NCBI GenBank assembly: GCA_951406725.2
Contig: OX597826.1
Location: 47,058,001 to 47,122,000, forward strand
Reading direction: 5' to 3'
Length of the DNA: 64,000 bases
Origin: Octopus vulgaris
Lineage: Eukaryota
The notes beneath the pieces are model-generated. The model searched no databases. It saw only the letters and a list, made by a program, of their open reading frames with translations, and was not told the DNA's origin. Of this stretch, positions 26,978-41,137 are shown piece after piece. The translations under genes and the position numbers were made by a program. How positions within the stretch are numbered: the stretch's first letter is position 1; each line of letters opens with the position of its first letter.

Positions 26978-28852
26978 TTTAGGGTCAAGGTATTTCACGA
27001 TGTGATGGAGCGTGGCTGAATTAATTCCGATCTTGGGTCAGATTTGTATGGTGGTGGGTTCGATTCCTGAAACGAGTGGTGCGTTTTGTCCTTGAGCAAG
27101 ATGCTTCAGTCTTCTCTACTTAGCGCTAATGCATCCCCCTCCTTACATCTTCAACTGTCACATCATGGATGCTTCTCTAAACCAAGGGTGGGAAGGCTGA
27201 GGTGGTATCGCTATCTGTTCGTGACTGCATAAGTGTATTTAAAACAATAATCAAATGTGTGGTACATAATACCAGGTCATACTTGCTTGAAAGCGATGAC
27301 TATGCTTATTATTATTATTATTATTATTTGTATTTCATGACTTTTTATAAGAATTATTTTCCCGTGAAACTTACCATTTCTTTTTTCCCTTTATTACATC
27401 GACCGAGATGTATTTCTGAATAAAACTTTTGCCTTTAAACATATTAGATTGTTTATCATAAGCAATAGAGCAACGTTTTCAAAGGATTAATGTAGCCGAT
27501 TAAATGGATACCAGTATGTTTCTAGTACATTTCTCATCGACAATTGAAGGGATGAAAGGCAAAATAGCTAAGAGCTAAGAAACTAAATGCTATAAAGCAT
27601 TTATTTCGATTCCCTATTGTTTCTGCCAACTATTTCCATTTTAAAAAGAAAACTATTAAAAATTTATTCGTCATGATATTTCAACGCTGTTGTTAATATT
27701 ATTGTTATTTTTTGTAACAAAGAGCAATTCTTGAAGAAAATCTTCATGGATGAAATTCCTTAATAAAGACATTTTAAATAAAAGGCTATTACAAAAAAAA
27801 AAAAAATAAATAAAAGAGAATAAACACACTCAAAAACAAAAAGAACCTACCATTATGTCTTTGCATAACTTAAGAAAGAAAGCCAGACAGACAAAAATGT
27901 CATTCAGCTAGATGCTTTTTTTCAAAGATATTTGTGACTCTTTATTCGATATCTACCACGAAATTGTTAAATATCATAATGCTTTCCCCGCGAGCAAACC
28001 ATTTTATCGCACATTGGTACGAGAGCACGCCTTGTAATCATGTTCTATTCCAATACAACCAGAGATTTGCGACGATGCATTCAACTTTTCTATATCGAAA
28101 TATAAACCACTTCCAGCATACTTGAACTTTTGTTAAACTCGCTATCCTTCATCATGAGAACTGCAAAAAGATTCAAATACCTTAGCATGTCTTTTTTTTT
28201 AAACATTCTCTAAACCTGTAAAATATTCGCATTTTTTTATTTTATTTCACAGACAATTAATCGTGAATGGCTTTTTTTATATTTCAGAGAAGCTGTGTGG
28301 ATGTCAACGACGTTCCGACTTTATAGAATTTTGTGCCTTCTTGCCGTGCTTTTTCGTGTCATTCAATATATAATGACCATAAAAAAGTATCCGTGAATGA
28401 GGAAATGGGATTGAGTTCTTTCTTATTGTTATAAGAGAGAGAGAGAGAGAGAGAGAGAAATAAAAAAGAGAAGAAAGTTCCATGAATACAAAACAAAAAA
28501 GTAGTCCAGTGATACATCTAAAAGCTGCAAAGAAAAGAAGAGGGAAAAAAAGCCATTTCAAGTAATAAAAAAACAACAATAAAACATTAGTAGCTGGAAA
28601 AAAAAAGGCATTAAACAACGAAAACAGCAACAATAAAAATGCTACAAAAACTAAAATGAAACAAAAATTTCAAAGAATAAGTTTGAAAATTTTCACTGAA
28701 TAATCTCCGATGTTCGTTGTGATGAGGCAGATTGCGACTATTGAAACATGACCAATGGTTGGCTCGGTGAGTGCATGGGTGTAAGAATTTACAGATACGT
28801 TTTTGCATGTATGTATATACATCGACACACAGACATATATACATATACGACG

Positions 28853-28891
<39 letters not shown>

Positions 28892-29130
28892 GTATGTATG
28901 TATGTGTGAATCCGTATATGCACATTTGTCTATCTATGTACGCTGGTGATATGTATCCACGAGCTTACAGTAAGATTTAGAGAAAACTGTAATTGTTATG
29001 AGGTGCTTGTTGTATAGTTTAATATATTATGCGTTCATGAATACGTGTGAGTATGCATGCATGGCTATATACACTTATATACACTTGCATAGGTGTATAC
29101 CTACATACATACACATATATCTACACAAAT

Positions 29131-29209
<79 letters not shown>

Positions 29210-29544
29210 CAGAATGAGAGACAGAAAGAAGCGATACATAAATAGATATTGTTATATGTATGTGTTCCTATACGCTGTGCGTGCATCGAAGTATGGACCT
29301 ATATATGTGTTTGTGTTAGTGAGTCAATGAGTGTGTATGAATGTATATATATACATATACACATATATGTGTGTGTTTGTGTGTGTGTGAATTTCTGGTT
29401 GGTATAAAACACAAATAAATTCGTTTAGACATAAACTAAAGCGATATATTTGCATAATATAACTCCAATACTTTCAAAGCTTTTAATACGACATAAATAT
29501 TCTTATAGAATCATATAAGTAGGGGTTGATGGGTTAATGACGTA

Positions 29545-29592
<48 letters not shown>

Positions 29593-30223
29593 TATATATG
29601 AATATATATATATATATATATGAATATATATAGACATATACATATATATACACGCATATATATATATTATATATACGCACTCATAAACATACATACTCAC
29701 ATACATATATATCTATGTATGCATGTGTGTGTGTGTATGTGTGTATACACGCATGTACCTATGTATATGCATTCAACAGTCTTTCTCGCGATGGCATGTT
29801 TAGAATTATCTACTCCTGCATACGCACATTCGTTATGCATATCGGTGAAGATGTCAAAGGTTTCCTCTTCAAAAGCTTCACTGTCGTAAATTCATCTAAG
29901 ATTAACATTTAACTGTTTCTTTATGGGACACGAAATTATTTCTTATGATTCTTTATACCTTGCTTTATTCGTTTGTTTGTTTGTTTGTTTGTTCTTTCTC
30001 TATCTTCTTTTATGCGTAGTATAAGAATGTGCAAATGCTTACACGGGACAAAACACTTCTTGGTTTGTTTTCAAATTGCGGCCAGACTGGCGATAATTTC
30101 TCCTTTCGATGTCCATTGTTTTTCATTGCACTGCACTTCCGGATTGTGTCCATGTGTCCCCTGTTCACACACACACACAAACACACACACATTTACAGAC
30201 ATACACGCACATTTACATATATG

Positions 30224-30510
30224 AAGGCGCGTGGCTTAGCGGTTAGGAAATACGGTTCACGATCGTAAGGTCGTGAGTTCGATTCCTGGTAGCAGGTTGT
30301 GTCCCGGAACAAGGCACGATACTTCACGTTGCTCCAGGCCACCAGTCCACTCAGCTGGTAAAAATGTGTCTCACTGTATCTCCCTGAGAGCTACATTAAG
30401 AGTACGTGTGTCTATGGAGTGCTCAGCCACTTCCACGTTAACTTCACGAGCAGGCTGTTCCGTTGATTAGAACAACTGGAACACTCGTCGTTGTAGCCAT
30501 CCGAGTGCTC
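30224..30510 (+). mobile_element. tRNA-derived SINE, family C
   Basis: GGCGCGTGGCTTAGCGGTTAGG...GTGAGTTCGATTCC head; body shared with 44860-45350 and 54915-55236. Confidence 0.85.
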
Positions 30511-30763
30511 CCACCTCCTATATTTACATATATAAACAGGCTTGACGCATTCACGGAGCTTTAGATTGTTTGGATCCAAGTCAAACTGCTATTAAATAAT
30601 AAATGCAACTTCTATCAAATTTGTTGAATGTCACTTTCTTTCGCGTGAATATGTGCATGTATATGCATACCCATATATACACACACGCGCGTACATATAC
30701 ACGCGCACACATATGTAGATGTACATATATATATATGTGTGTGTGTTTGTGTGTGTGTGTATA

Positions 30764-30804
<41 letters not shown>

Positions 30805-30806
<2 letters not shown>

Positions 30807-31160
30807 TAGAGATCCAAAAATGAACGACATTCTGAAACACACAAACTCATCAAATGCAAAAAGCAAGACAAATCGCTAAAGAGACTACTAAAAAATGCGA
30901 AGCTTTACAAAACTACTACGAAACCAACGGTTGAAAAATGTGGACGCCCGACCTACTTTAATGCTCGGATTTCCTTTTCAAACAAGGACAAAGGTTCACA
31001 ATTAAAACTACTTTCACTTGTGCCACTGAGAACCTAATTTATGTAATAACCTGCTCGGGTTGCGGACACAACTTTATTGGACAAACGAGTATGACCTTGA
31101 GAAAAAGAACCACTCTTCATAAAGAGCAAATTCGTTTCCCGCAATACAGGCAAATTCGAT
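30805..31160 (+). mobile_element. Penelope-like retroelement remnant, GIY-YIG endonuclease N-terminal region
   Basis: Frame from 30971 reads FLFKQGQRFTIKTTFTCATENLIYVITCSGCGHNFIGQTSMTLRKRTTLHKEQIR (IY...CxxC..[Y/F]IGQT...LR.R...H). Confidence 0.85.
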
Positions 31161-31164
31161 ATAG

Positions 31165-31790
31165 GAAAATGTACGCTGGACAAATTGCCTTCCGGCATTT
31201 CGTCCGTTTTTATGCTTTGAGTTCATATTCCACAGAGGTCGAATTTGTTATTTATTCTTTCGGACTCGATAGAATAAGAACCGATTAAGCACTGGGATCG
31301 ATGTAATCGACAAGCCACTCTCTCCCTTTTGGCTTGCCAAGCGTGTAAGATATTGTGGACACTGTGCAGGTCTAAAAACAAGATATGTGAAAGGACGGAT
31401 GAGCTTATTATGAGCGAAAGTCCATTCAACAATGATCTTCAGATATCCAACTAAATGAATTCATCCTCATGGAATTAATTTGCACCTGACTGAGTATTCC
31501 ACAGATAACGATGATGTACTTTGCAGGTCAGTCAGCATGACGAAGTATCACAATGTCGGACATTTGAAAAACCCTTTCTAACATAGGTCCATTGTCTGTA
31601 ATTTTTTGGAGGGGTTGGAGAGCTAGTTGATTACATTGACACCAGTGTTCAACTGGTACTTATTTAATGGATCTCAAAATGCTGAAAGGCAAATTCGACT
31701 TCGGCAGTGTACGAACTTAGAACCTAGATACCGACAAAATGTCGCTAAGTGTTTTGCCCGGTGCGATAATGATTCTGTCAGGTCGCGGCT
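31165..31790. mobile_element. Two diverged, convergent SINE A copies (31165-31320 +, 31574-31790 -)
   Basis: Recognisable B-box and body motifs in both copies. Confidence 0.65.
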
Positions 31791-31827
31791 TTAGGACATT
31801 TGAATAAGTACAACCAATCAGCCAGTC

Positions 31828-31866
<39 letters not shown>

Positions 31867-31996
31867 AGAGAGAGAGAGGGAGAGAGAAAGAGAGAGGGAG
31901 AGAGATTGTGCGTGTGTGTATGTGTGCATACATTGCACTCGCACATATCTTCGGAGACACAAATATATATGTGTGTATACACTTATGCATACATAC

Positions 31997-32044
<48 letters not shown>

Positions 32045-32137
32045 CAAATGTATGAGTGTATGCAAACGCATTTATGTTTGCTTATTTATATGTGTGATGT
32101 ATATATGTGTGTGAGAGTAAATCTACATTATGTATAA

Positions 32138-32177
<40 letters not shown>

Positions 32178-32893
32178 ATGTATATATAACTGTGTGTGTG
32201 TGTATGTGTGTGTGTAAGTATGTATATCGAACTAGATATAGTAATTGTGGTATTCTCACTCGAAAACGCCGTATCTCATTACAGTTAAAAGCGCATTTTC
32301 AAACAACAATACCTGTCAGTTATAAAATCAACAATTATAATGGCCGACCAAAAAAACAAAAAAACCAAACAAAGCAAAATTTACACTACACAATGCGCCG
32401 CCATCATGGCAACATGAAAGACAAGTCTACCAACGGAAAAATCTCTTTGAAACGATCTGTTCGTTTGTTTCGAACCAAACTTCGGTCCACATACCTATTA
32501 ATTCGAAATCTGGTTTTATTGTTTGTGGCTTTTATGCGTTCATTAAAGTATGGGGAGAGAGAACTGGCGGTCACTTTACACTGGACTCTCTTGCTTGTTG
32601 TAATAATCACGGTGTTCAGATGTCATTTGGAAACTCTCAAAGCATACTCTATCAGGCTTTATTGTCTTCGCTCGTAATGATATATTATAAAACTAAACAT
32701 CTAACAATTAACGTATATTTCGGCGGTCATTTTTATTGTTTCAGAGAAGCCTTTCGTTTTTGTTGTCTTTTAAATGCCATCTTTGTTGTTAGAAGCTGAA
32801 TGCACTAGCGCCATCAACCGCCTGGCTACCTGGCTGGCTGGCTGACTGACTGATTGTCTGATGGCGCTAGCTTACAACGCCTTTAGCACTGAC

Positions 32894-32929
<36 letters not shown>

Positions 32930-32974
32930 ATAATAATAATAATAATAACAATAATAATAATAATAATAATAATA

Positions 32975-33148
32975 CAGGACTTACAAACACATATAACATA
33001 CAGAAAATTGCACTACTAGGCACTGCACGCATCCTACGCAGAACATACAATAACCATCAGAGCATCACAACAAATCACAGCACATACCTAAGGCACACAG
33101 AGCTGCGCTCGGTAGTGAAGTGAAAGCACGCTATAAAAAATAAAACTA

Positions 33149-33151
<3 letters not shown>
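32975..33151 (+). mobile_element. 3' end of an R4/Dong-type LINE inserted in (AAT)n
   Basis: Encodes GLTNTYNIQKIALLGTARILRRT (compare QKTVLLGTARILR near 22960), then a 3' UTR; (AAT)n on both sides, consistent with TAA-repeat targeting by Dong elements. Confidence 0.8.
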
Positions 33152-33195
<44 letters not shown>

Positions 33196-33233
33196 TAAAA
33201 CAGCAAGAACAACAATAATAATAATGGTTGGAA

Positions 33234-33400
33234 ATTTTGGCACAATGCCAGTAAGATCGGGAAGGGGCTGAGTTGAATGCATCGACTCCAGTGCTCAGCA
33301 GGTATTTGTTTTATCGGCCTCGGTAGGACGAAACGCAAAGATGACGTCGGTGGAATTTGAACACAGATCGTAAAAATAGACGAAATGCTGGTTATGATTC
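33234..33400 (-). mobile_element. Diverged SINE family A copy
   Basis: ATCGACTCCAGTG...GTCGGTGGAATTTGAACACAGA. Confidence 0.65.
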
Positions 33401-33901
33401 TGCAGCTTTCGAAGAGAATAGCATGAGAGTACCTACCAAAATAGAATATAGTAGTTTCTCTCTCTTTCGTTCTCTCTCTTTTTCCAGCAGTTAACAGTAA
33501 GTGCATCTATATTTGTATATGTGTACGTGATTGAAAGCTACTGGCTTTGCATATAATGCCATTTTATTCAGCCAAGCGGTTTAGTACAACACCAGTGATT
33601 TCGTTGGTCTTCCTATATCAACTGCGTTAGATTTTGACGTAGCCTTCGGTTGGTAGTTGTATTTAAAAGTCACAAAGTCCGACGAGACACGAACGCGCAT
33701 CAAGCATTCTCACAGCGACAGCTGGACGATCTTCGCTTGCTACTGAGATATTCATGTTTTTGAACACAGCACGTCAGTAAGAGGAAATATAATTGCTAGA
33801 CGAATACTGCTGTTAATTTGCATTTTTCAGAATTTATTTGCTTTAAGTATGATATCCAGTTGGTTATTTTAATCTAAAACTGCTTATGCTGCATATGCTG
33901 G

Positions 33902-33971
<70 letters not shown>

Positions 33972-34016
33972 GTACATATATATATGTACATATATATATG
34001 TACATATATAACTACT

Positions 34017-34048
<32 letters not shown>

Positions 34049-34191
34049 CGTAGCGGAGATGTACTTGCATAGAAAGTGACCTGATCTGAGATCGTGTGCT
34101 GGAACGAAAACAATTGCTGTGTGGAAGGTGTTTATAAGCCATTTAAGAAACACACAAAAACCGTTAGATTCACTTCAACATTTAAATTTAA

Positions 34192-34242
34192 TTTGTCAAA
34201 ATATTTTCGTCGCTTTAAGACCGCGACCTGTTCACTGACAAA
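34192..34242 (-). ncRNA. Minimal type I hammerhead-like motif with G3-C8 compensatory core
   Basis: TTTGTCA-GTGAACA-G-GTCGC-GGTCTTAAA-GCGAC-GAA-AATATT-T-TGACAAA: 7-bp stem I, 5-bp stem II, palindromic stem III. Confidence 0.6.
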
Positions 34243-34281
34243 ACTTCGTGCTGCATCACAGCCACACAAACATATACATAT

Positions 34282-34850
34282 ACGACGGGCTTCTTTCCGT
34301 TTCCGTCTACCATATCCACTCACAAAGTTTTGATCGGCTCGAGGCTATATATAGTAGAAGACACTTGCCCAAGGTGCTATGCAGTGGGACTGAAGCCGGA
34401 ACCACGTGGCTGGTATGCAAGCTACTTACCACGCAGCCACTCCTATATATATATATATAAGTATGTATGCGTGCGTATAAATGTATATATAATACATGCA
34501 TATATGTGTGTGTGTGTGTTGTATTGTGTGCATGTGTGCATCAGCCTGTCCGTGTGAATGTAATCTTAAAGACTTTCCACACTTCTTATAAAATAGTAAC
34601 AATTTCCCTCCAAAATTTATTATATATATATTTAAAAAATTATATCTGTAAAGATATTCAAATATATTTTGGTCCTTCAATTGCAATAAATGATAATACT
34701 TACAATTACTCTCTTTTACTCTTTTACTTGTTTCAGTCATTTGACTGTGGCCATGCTGGAGCGCCGCCTTTAGTCGAGCAAATCGACCCCAGGACTTATT
34801 CTTTGTAATCCTAGTACTTATTCTATCAGTCTCTTTTGCCGAACCACTAA
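34282..34850 (-). mobile_element. SINE B fragments (head 34282-34443; tail 34710-34850)
   Basis: Match to full-length family B copies. Confidence 0.8.
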
Positions 34851-36053
34851 AAATTAACTTATTACTTGTAAATATAAAAAAAAATATGAACCTAGTTTAG
34901 CTATTTTGCTAAGTTGTAGAATTGAACTTAGTTTCTTACCTGTATACCATTCTTCTTATTTAGTACCATTCAAAGAAGACTGTGTGTGTTATCTGTTTTA
35001 CTTTGGACATTATTCAAAGAAACATATCTTTGACTCATTTTAGTTGTTGTTGTTGTTGCTGTTTCTGTATCTGCTGTTTTTGCCGCAATCGTCGTCGTCA
35101 TCCCCATCACCCTTGTTGTTGTCGTCGTCGTCGTTGTTTTTGCATTTGTTGTTGCTGCGGTTGTTGCTGTTGTTGTTGTTATTATTATTATTCCTTGCCT
35201 TCGGGAATATCTCGTCCTTTATGTGTTGATCAATTGAATGCAGTTTTAAAGCCGGTGTAGTAGAAAGAAAAACAAGGATTATTTTGTAGTAGTTAAGATT
35301 TCTAAACAGATATGGAGCTTGTCAGGCATTTTGTTAGTTGAGCTGAGCATTTGAAGGCTTCAAAAACAATGTTGGTTAGGTTTCAACATTTCTAGAATAA
35401 ATCCAAGATAAGTGACTATAAATGTAAGAAATATAAACTAAGATATTACATCACAGAGGGAATAATACGGATGTAAAATCTCTGTAATTCTATACGCTAT
35501 GTATTCTTAGCTAGGAATGAAAATATTTTTCAAGGAACGAAAGGAAACATTGTATGAGAATCTACTTGAATCTAGGAACACGAATGATATAGAGTAATAA
35601 AGAAAATAAACACTTTCAGTTGAATAAGAGAGAAAAGATTTCTCTTTGATAGCTGAGTATTTGAAAATTTAAAAACAATGTTTACAAGGGCCTCTACAGT
35701 GAAGTCTGTACTCTGCCATTGAACACTCGATACTAACCTAAAATTAGAAAGAACTTAGATACTAAAGAAAGACTGTGCATGCGTGTTTATTTGAGTTAAG
35801 TATATAAGGTAATAGAGATAAGAAAGCAGGACATCAATGTGTGGACGTTACTGACTGTTAAAAAGCACAACCGTGACGTAATGAAATGCATTCGATATCG
35901 AACATAGCTTGTGTGTTCAAAATAGTTGGGCAAAACATTTTCAGTGTACACTAAAGATATTTCTAGAAGTTCTATAAGAAAGGGAATTAGATATTTAAAT
36001 ATCAAGACTCATGCACAGCTTGTGATGAAACAGAAATTTGTAAGGAAAACTAT

Positions 36054-36431
36054 ATTCTTTTCTACTCTAGGCATTAGACCCCGAAATTTTGGGGAAGAGG
36101 TCAGTCGATTAGATCGACCTTAGTACACAACTCGTACTTAATTCATCGACTCTGAAAGGATGAAAGGTGAAGTCGACCGCGGTGGAATTTGAACTCAGAA
36201 TGTAAAGAGAGACGAATTATCTGTTTCTTTATAACCCACAAGGGGCTAAACATAGAGGGGACAAACAAGGACAGACAAACGGATTAAGTCGATTACATCG
36301 ACCCTAGTGCTTAACTTATCGACCCCGAAAGGACGAAAGGCAAAGTCTACCTCGGCGGAATTTGAACTCAGAACGTAAAGACAGACGAAATATCGCTTAA
36401 GTATTTCGGCCGACGTGCTAACGTTTCTGCC
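36054..36431 (-). mobile_element. Dimeric SINE A with 13-bp TSD
   Basis: Two SINE A bodies in tandem, flanked by TTGTAAGGAAAAC (36038-36050, 36432-36444). Confidence 0.85.
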
Positions 36432-36924
36432 TTGTAAGGAAAACACTATTGAACGAATTATATACACTATTGTAATAAATATGTAAATCAATAAGTATAT
36501 GATAAAGGAGAGAAATATAATTAACTCAATATACTAGAAGCGATTTAACAAACCTCTGAAGGTAAATCCTGCACGATTGGTGCTTGAGGTCTGGAAAAGT
36601 AGCGCTCATATTCTTTGCAGGTTATCTCAGACTACAATTGATGAGCTTGGTTGCGCGCCTGCAGATTCATATCTTTAGAAAAAGTGTAGCCACAAAGTGA
36701 CTCAGATGTGTATCTTTTATCTTCTACTTGTATCAGTCATTTGACTACAGCCATGCTTTTGGGATAAGAAATTCAGAAAAATAATACAAATATGATCAGT
36801 GGTTGTTAGGCAAAGTAGGAAGGGCAGAAACAAATGAGAAAAGGAAGAATCTATTGGTTTCGTTGGGGAAGGTATCTAGTGTACTTTATCAATAAATATA
36901 ATATTTTATCCTCTTTATTTTCGA

Positions 36925-37222
36925 GCATTGGTCTCAGTTATAAAGTAGTGAGTTCGATTCCCGTGCCGTGCTGTGCGTTGTGTTTCTAAGCAAAACAATA
37001 TATTTCACATTCCGCCATTTCATTCAGCTATGGAAACGAGTTGCGACGTCACTGGTGCCAAGCTGTATCGGCCTTTGCTTTACCTTTGGATAACATCAGT
37101 GGCATGGAAAGGTGAGGCTGGTAGCATAAGCAAGGGCTGGTCTTCTATAAATAACTTTGCCCGCATTTGTGTCTAGCAGGGGAAATTTCTGGGTGCAATC
37201 GCATGGCCATTCACGACTGCGG
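36925..37222 (+). mobile_element. SINE family D copy
   Basis: GAGTTGCGACGTCACTGGTGCCAAGCTGTATCGGCC matches the reverse complement of about 22695-22730. Confidence 0.75.
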
Positions 37223-37830
37223 GGGCAGGGTTCTTTAACCCTTTACCCCTTACTCATTAGTGTAAAATAATATTCAGTACGCATTCTCCACACATGCATA
37301 TACTGCAGATCATCATTAGGGAAGATTTTTGATCAGGAACTAACTGTAATAAAAACCGTTGTTATAAAACCCGCTGCGAATGTTATACAGAAGATCACTA
37401 TAGAACTTTTACGTTTGATAAACAACTGGCTGGAGTGTGAAGCAAGATAGTTTTTTTTATCATTCAAGCAGACTTCGGAGGCAATATCTGGGTCTGTAGG
37501 AGATGCTTTTGAAACATTCAAATACCGAACTAACAAAATACCTGACAATCTTCTTAGAAATGTCAACTGTCGTAAACTAATTCGTCTCTTTTTTTTTCTT
37601 TTGAGACAGGCTTTAGATTTGCATATACAAGCACTATTCATAATTTCTGGTTCTAAGATGGACGCCTAGTTTTGAACAGATTATAGATACTGATGTTTTT
37701 TAACTGATAATGATATAAATATGGTTATATTTTAGGATTGTCATCTTTTTTGTTTTACTAAATAAACACACGCACTGTATATTCGTTCTTCACTCGTTTA
37801 TTACTGTTCTTATCTTAACTCCTCTTCATT

Positions 37831-37875
37831 GTTCGGAAATCTTTCGTCACACATCTGTGACCTCTTCAGCGATAC
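37831..37875 (-). ncRNA. Minimal type I hammerhead ribozyme (canonical core)
   Basis: TATCG-CTGAAGA-G-GTCAC-AGATGT-GTGAC-GAA-AGATTT-C-CGAAC; stem I is short. Confidence 0.65.
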
Positions 37876-37976
37876 TTTCCTTCTTCGTGTGTGCTCTTGC
37901 TCCACTTATCCCATTTTCTGCTTATTCCATTCTGAGAACAGAATAAGCAGTGCAAGATTACACGCGAAGGCGGAAA

Positions 37977-38022
37977 GTGTCGCTGCGGAGGTCACAGATG
38001 TTTGACGAAAGATCTCTGGACA
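37977..38022 (+). ncRNA. Minimal type I hammerhead motif, variant core CTGCGGA
   Basis: GTGTCG-CTGCGGA-G-GTCA-CAGATGTT-TGAC-GAA-AGATCT-C-TGGACA; palindromic AGATCT stem III. Confidence 0.5.
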
Positions 38023-40909
38023 ATGGACATGAGTTAGAATAAGAACAATAATAAACGAGTGAAGAACGAATATATAGCGCGTGTGTTTATTCGGCAAAAA
38101 GAAATGACCGTCCCGAAATACAATATCTGTTTCAGGAATCTTGCAACACAAATTCATAAACGATATAGAAATGCAATATTTTCCTTCCAGTATTCAATCA
38201 TTTCATCAAACTCATCCCCTTTTTATGTATGTTTAATATAAACAATACTATTTTTAGAAATATTGTTGGCGTCTAATTGATGTTAAGAAATCTTTCAACT
38301 ATGAAAATGTTATTTTAGAACAAAATTTTCAAATTTAAATGCACTCATGGAACAAAATAATGAAAGCTGGCAGTTCTATGCCTTTTATATTTTTCACTAC
38401 GGAATTTTGATAAAACTTTAATAATCACATATAAGATTCAAATGAAGCTAAATAATTTAACAAGCACACAATAATTAAGAATTAAAAAGAAAAGAAATCT
38501 TATAGAAGCAAATATTATAAAACGATAGTTATTGTCATCTTTAATTTAACCTAGCAGTTATAAAACTTCATTTTCTATCGCCTTTGTGCTTATCTTGTGA
38601 AAAATATTTTTTCATGCGTTTATTAAATATAGATTAGAGACAAAAATATCACTGCTGAAGATCTTCAATTATTTTTCTAAATACCATTTGAGAATGATAT
38701 CAATGGAGAAATGAATGTAGATAGAGAGGAAATTATTTTTTAAATGTGACAACGTGATAAGATGTATTATATTTACTTGCTCGACTTGTTAGGATTAGCA
38801 GGCAAATTTTATCAAAACCGCACACTATTAATTTAAAAAACTGTAGAACATATATTCTAAGTTTGTATCTGACTGAAAGACAGCTGCTTCAGTATATTAG
38901 ATCTTATGGGTGATGGATTGAAAGGTACTCGGGTTAAGCACAATTCATAGATTATTTTTAGACAGGAACATGAAGTGGTTTGTAGCTGCTCTCGGATTCT
39001 ACAGGTTAGCTACGGAAACAAAATACGAATGTACATGTTGAACTCTAAATAAAAAATTGGCTTCGACGTATTTTTCTACGTCTCTTGAATTGTGAGGAAA
39101 TATATATAGTTAACAGAAATTTTAAGAAAATACAGCGTCGCAAACTCATTAAAAAACACGCGGAAACTGTTAACGTCACTTAATAATTTATTACGAGAAA
39201 TCAAAACTTTCGTCACTGAACCATAACGCAGTTCCACTGCAACTGGTTTGAGAATAGACTGCTAACCAGTTTACTTAAGACTCGAGGATTTAAATTTTCT
39301 TTTCTTTTTTTTTTCTCGCCAATTTTTCAGGTTGTCATCACTTGCTGTCAATTGTAGGTCAGTTATTTTGACTTTTGGTTGGAATTTATCGTTGTGGTAC
39401 GTATTTCACCCCATCCTCTCTCTCTTCCCTTCTGTTTTCAATGGGGACACTTATAGTATTGTACAGTTAAGCAGAATTAGAATTCAAAGATTTCAAAGAT
39501 GAGATTCCACCAGTTTATGACCCCAAAACCGCAATTTAAGTACATTATATTACTTCAGTGTGTATTTTTAACAGAAATATCATCTTTGATATATATTATG
39601 CTTCTTCTGATAAAACGGTGCCACAGTGCTGTAAATTCTGAAAGTTTGAATGTCGCAGTTGTTATAGTTAAGACACTGTTGTTCGTTCATCAAATAACAC
39701 CTTACTGTCTTAGAGAAAAGGAAGAACGCATTCAGATAGTGTAATCCGAAACAATACGTCTGAATGAAGTGATCACGATCACCGTTAGGATGGTTTTGAT
39801 CAAAAGGCAGCTTCATCAAGGGTGACCTGGGGTTCAACAACAACTGCGATGACAGCAAGGACCTACGCAACAACAATCTCAGTTAGTTTGAATGTATCAT
39901 AATAAAAATGAATCGGAATACTCATTAAGAAGAATATGTCTGATTCATAATAACTGGATGAGAAATCCAGCGTGATATGGCGCTCAAGATGCATTTTATA
40001 TGACACAACGGAAACTATGATAATAACGTATATTTTTTGTGACTTTTAATAGAGTTTTGTTTTTGAATATTTTCTCATTGCAATGTACAACCATTATACA
40101 GATCCTTTGTTTCTTTCTTCTGTGTCATAAATAAACCATTGAACAAACAGGCTTTTAGGAGAAAATTAGCAGTTTCGTTAACACAGCAATACTGTGTAAA
40201 GATTCAAAAACATGGGTGTCACAGACGACATTTGTCTATGGATCGGACACCTAAGGTGCCGTTGTTCAACACATTTCAATGGTTGCATTAATAAAAGAAA
40301 GAGAAATTATATCAACCGCTGTTATGAAGTTATAATCATAGTGCTTGTTAGCGTATGTGTTTGTAAAAGAAATATAGTAATAATCAGAAACTGAAGGAAA
40401 GAGGGAGAGGGTTTGCAGGGTGAGAGATTAGAAAATTTTATGTTTCACGAGACCCATACAAGCGTTTTTAGAAAATTTTACAGTTATAAAAAGAAAAAAA
40501 AAATGGAAACAAATAAATAAATGAATGAACGAAGAGTAGTTTAACATCAACAGTTTGTGATTACTTGACACAGTAAGCAGCTTTTTAAAATTAAAGACCG
40601 ATTATCTTAGCTTAATGGACCTGGGCATATTTAGTTCTTTTCAAATGCATTTGTTAATTTAGTTCTTCTCAAGCATTCTTTGTCCCGCTGGTGTATTCTT
40701 GTCGGTTAAACACGTTCGTATGAATGTATGTTTATATGTATGAACGAATGCGTATATATGTGCATATGTTTGTGCAATATATATGTATGTATAGATGCAC
40801 ATAACAACGCATACAAATATATATATGTGCACGCTTGTGAATGCGATTGCACACAGACACACACACACACACGCACACGTATACATACATACATACATAC
40901 ATACATACA

Positions 40910-40978
<69 letters not shown>

Positions 40979-41100
40979 CATATATATATATCATATATGT
41001 ATATGCATGTATGTGTATATCTATATATAATATATATATATGTTTAGGCATATATATATGCATGAATATGTATATGTGTGTGTATGTGTGTGTGTGTGTA

Positions 41101-41137
<37 letters not shown>

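Larger units (their letters stand above)
37740..38109. mobile_element. Imperfect palindrome of about 370 bp: head-to-head pair of hammerhead-bearing Penelope-like repeats
   Basis: Arms about 37740-37927 and 37941-38109 are reverse complements with scattered substitutions; each carries a hammerhead motif. Confidence 0.8.

Noticed and set aside
37333-37641. 102-aa minus-strand ORF with a hydrophobic C-terminus
   Set aside because: No recognisable motif or supporting exon structure; length is within chance expectation.
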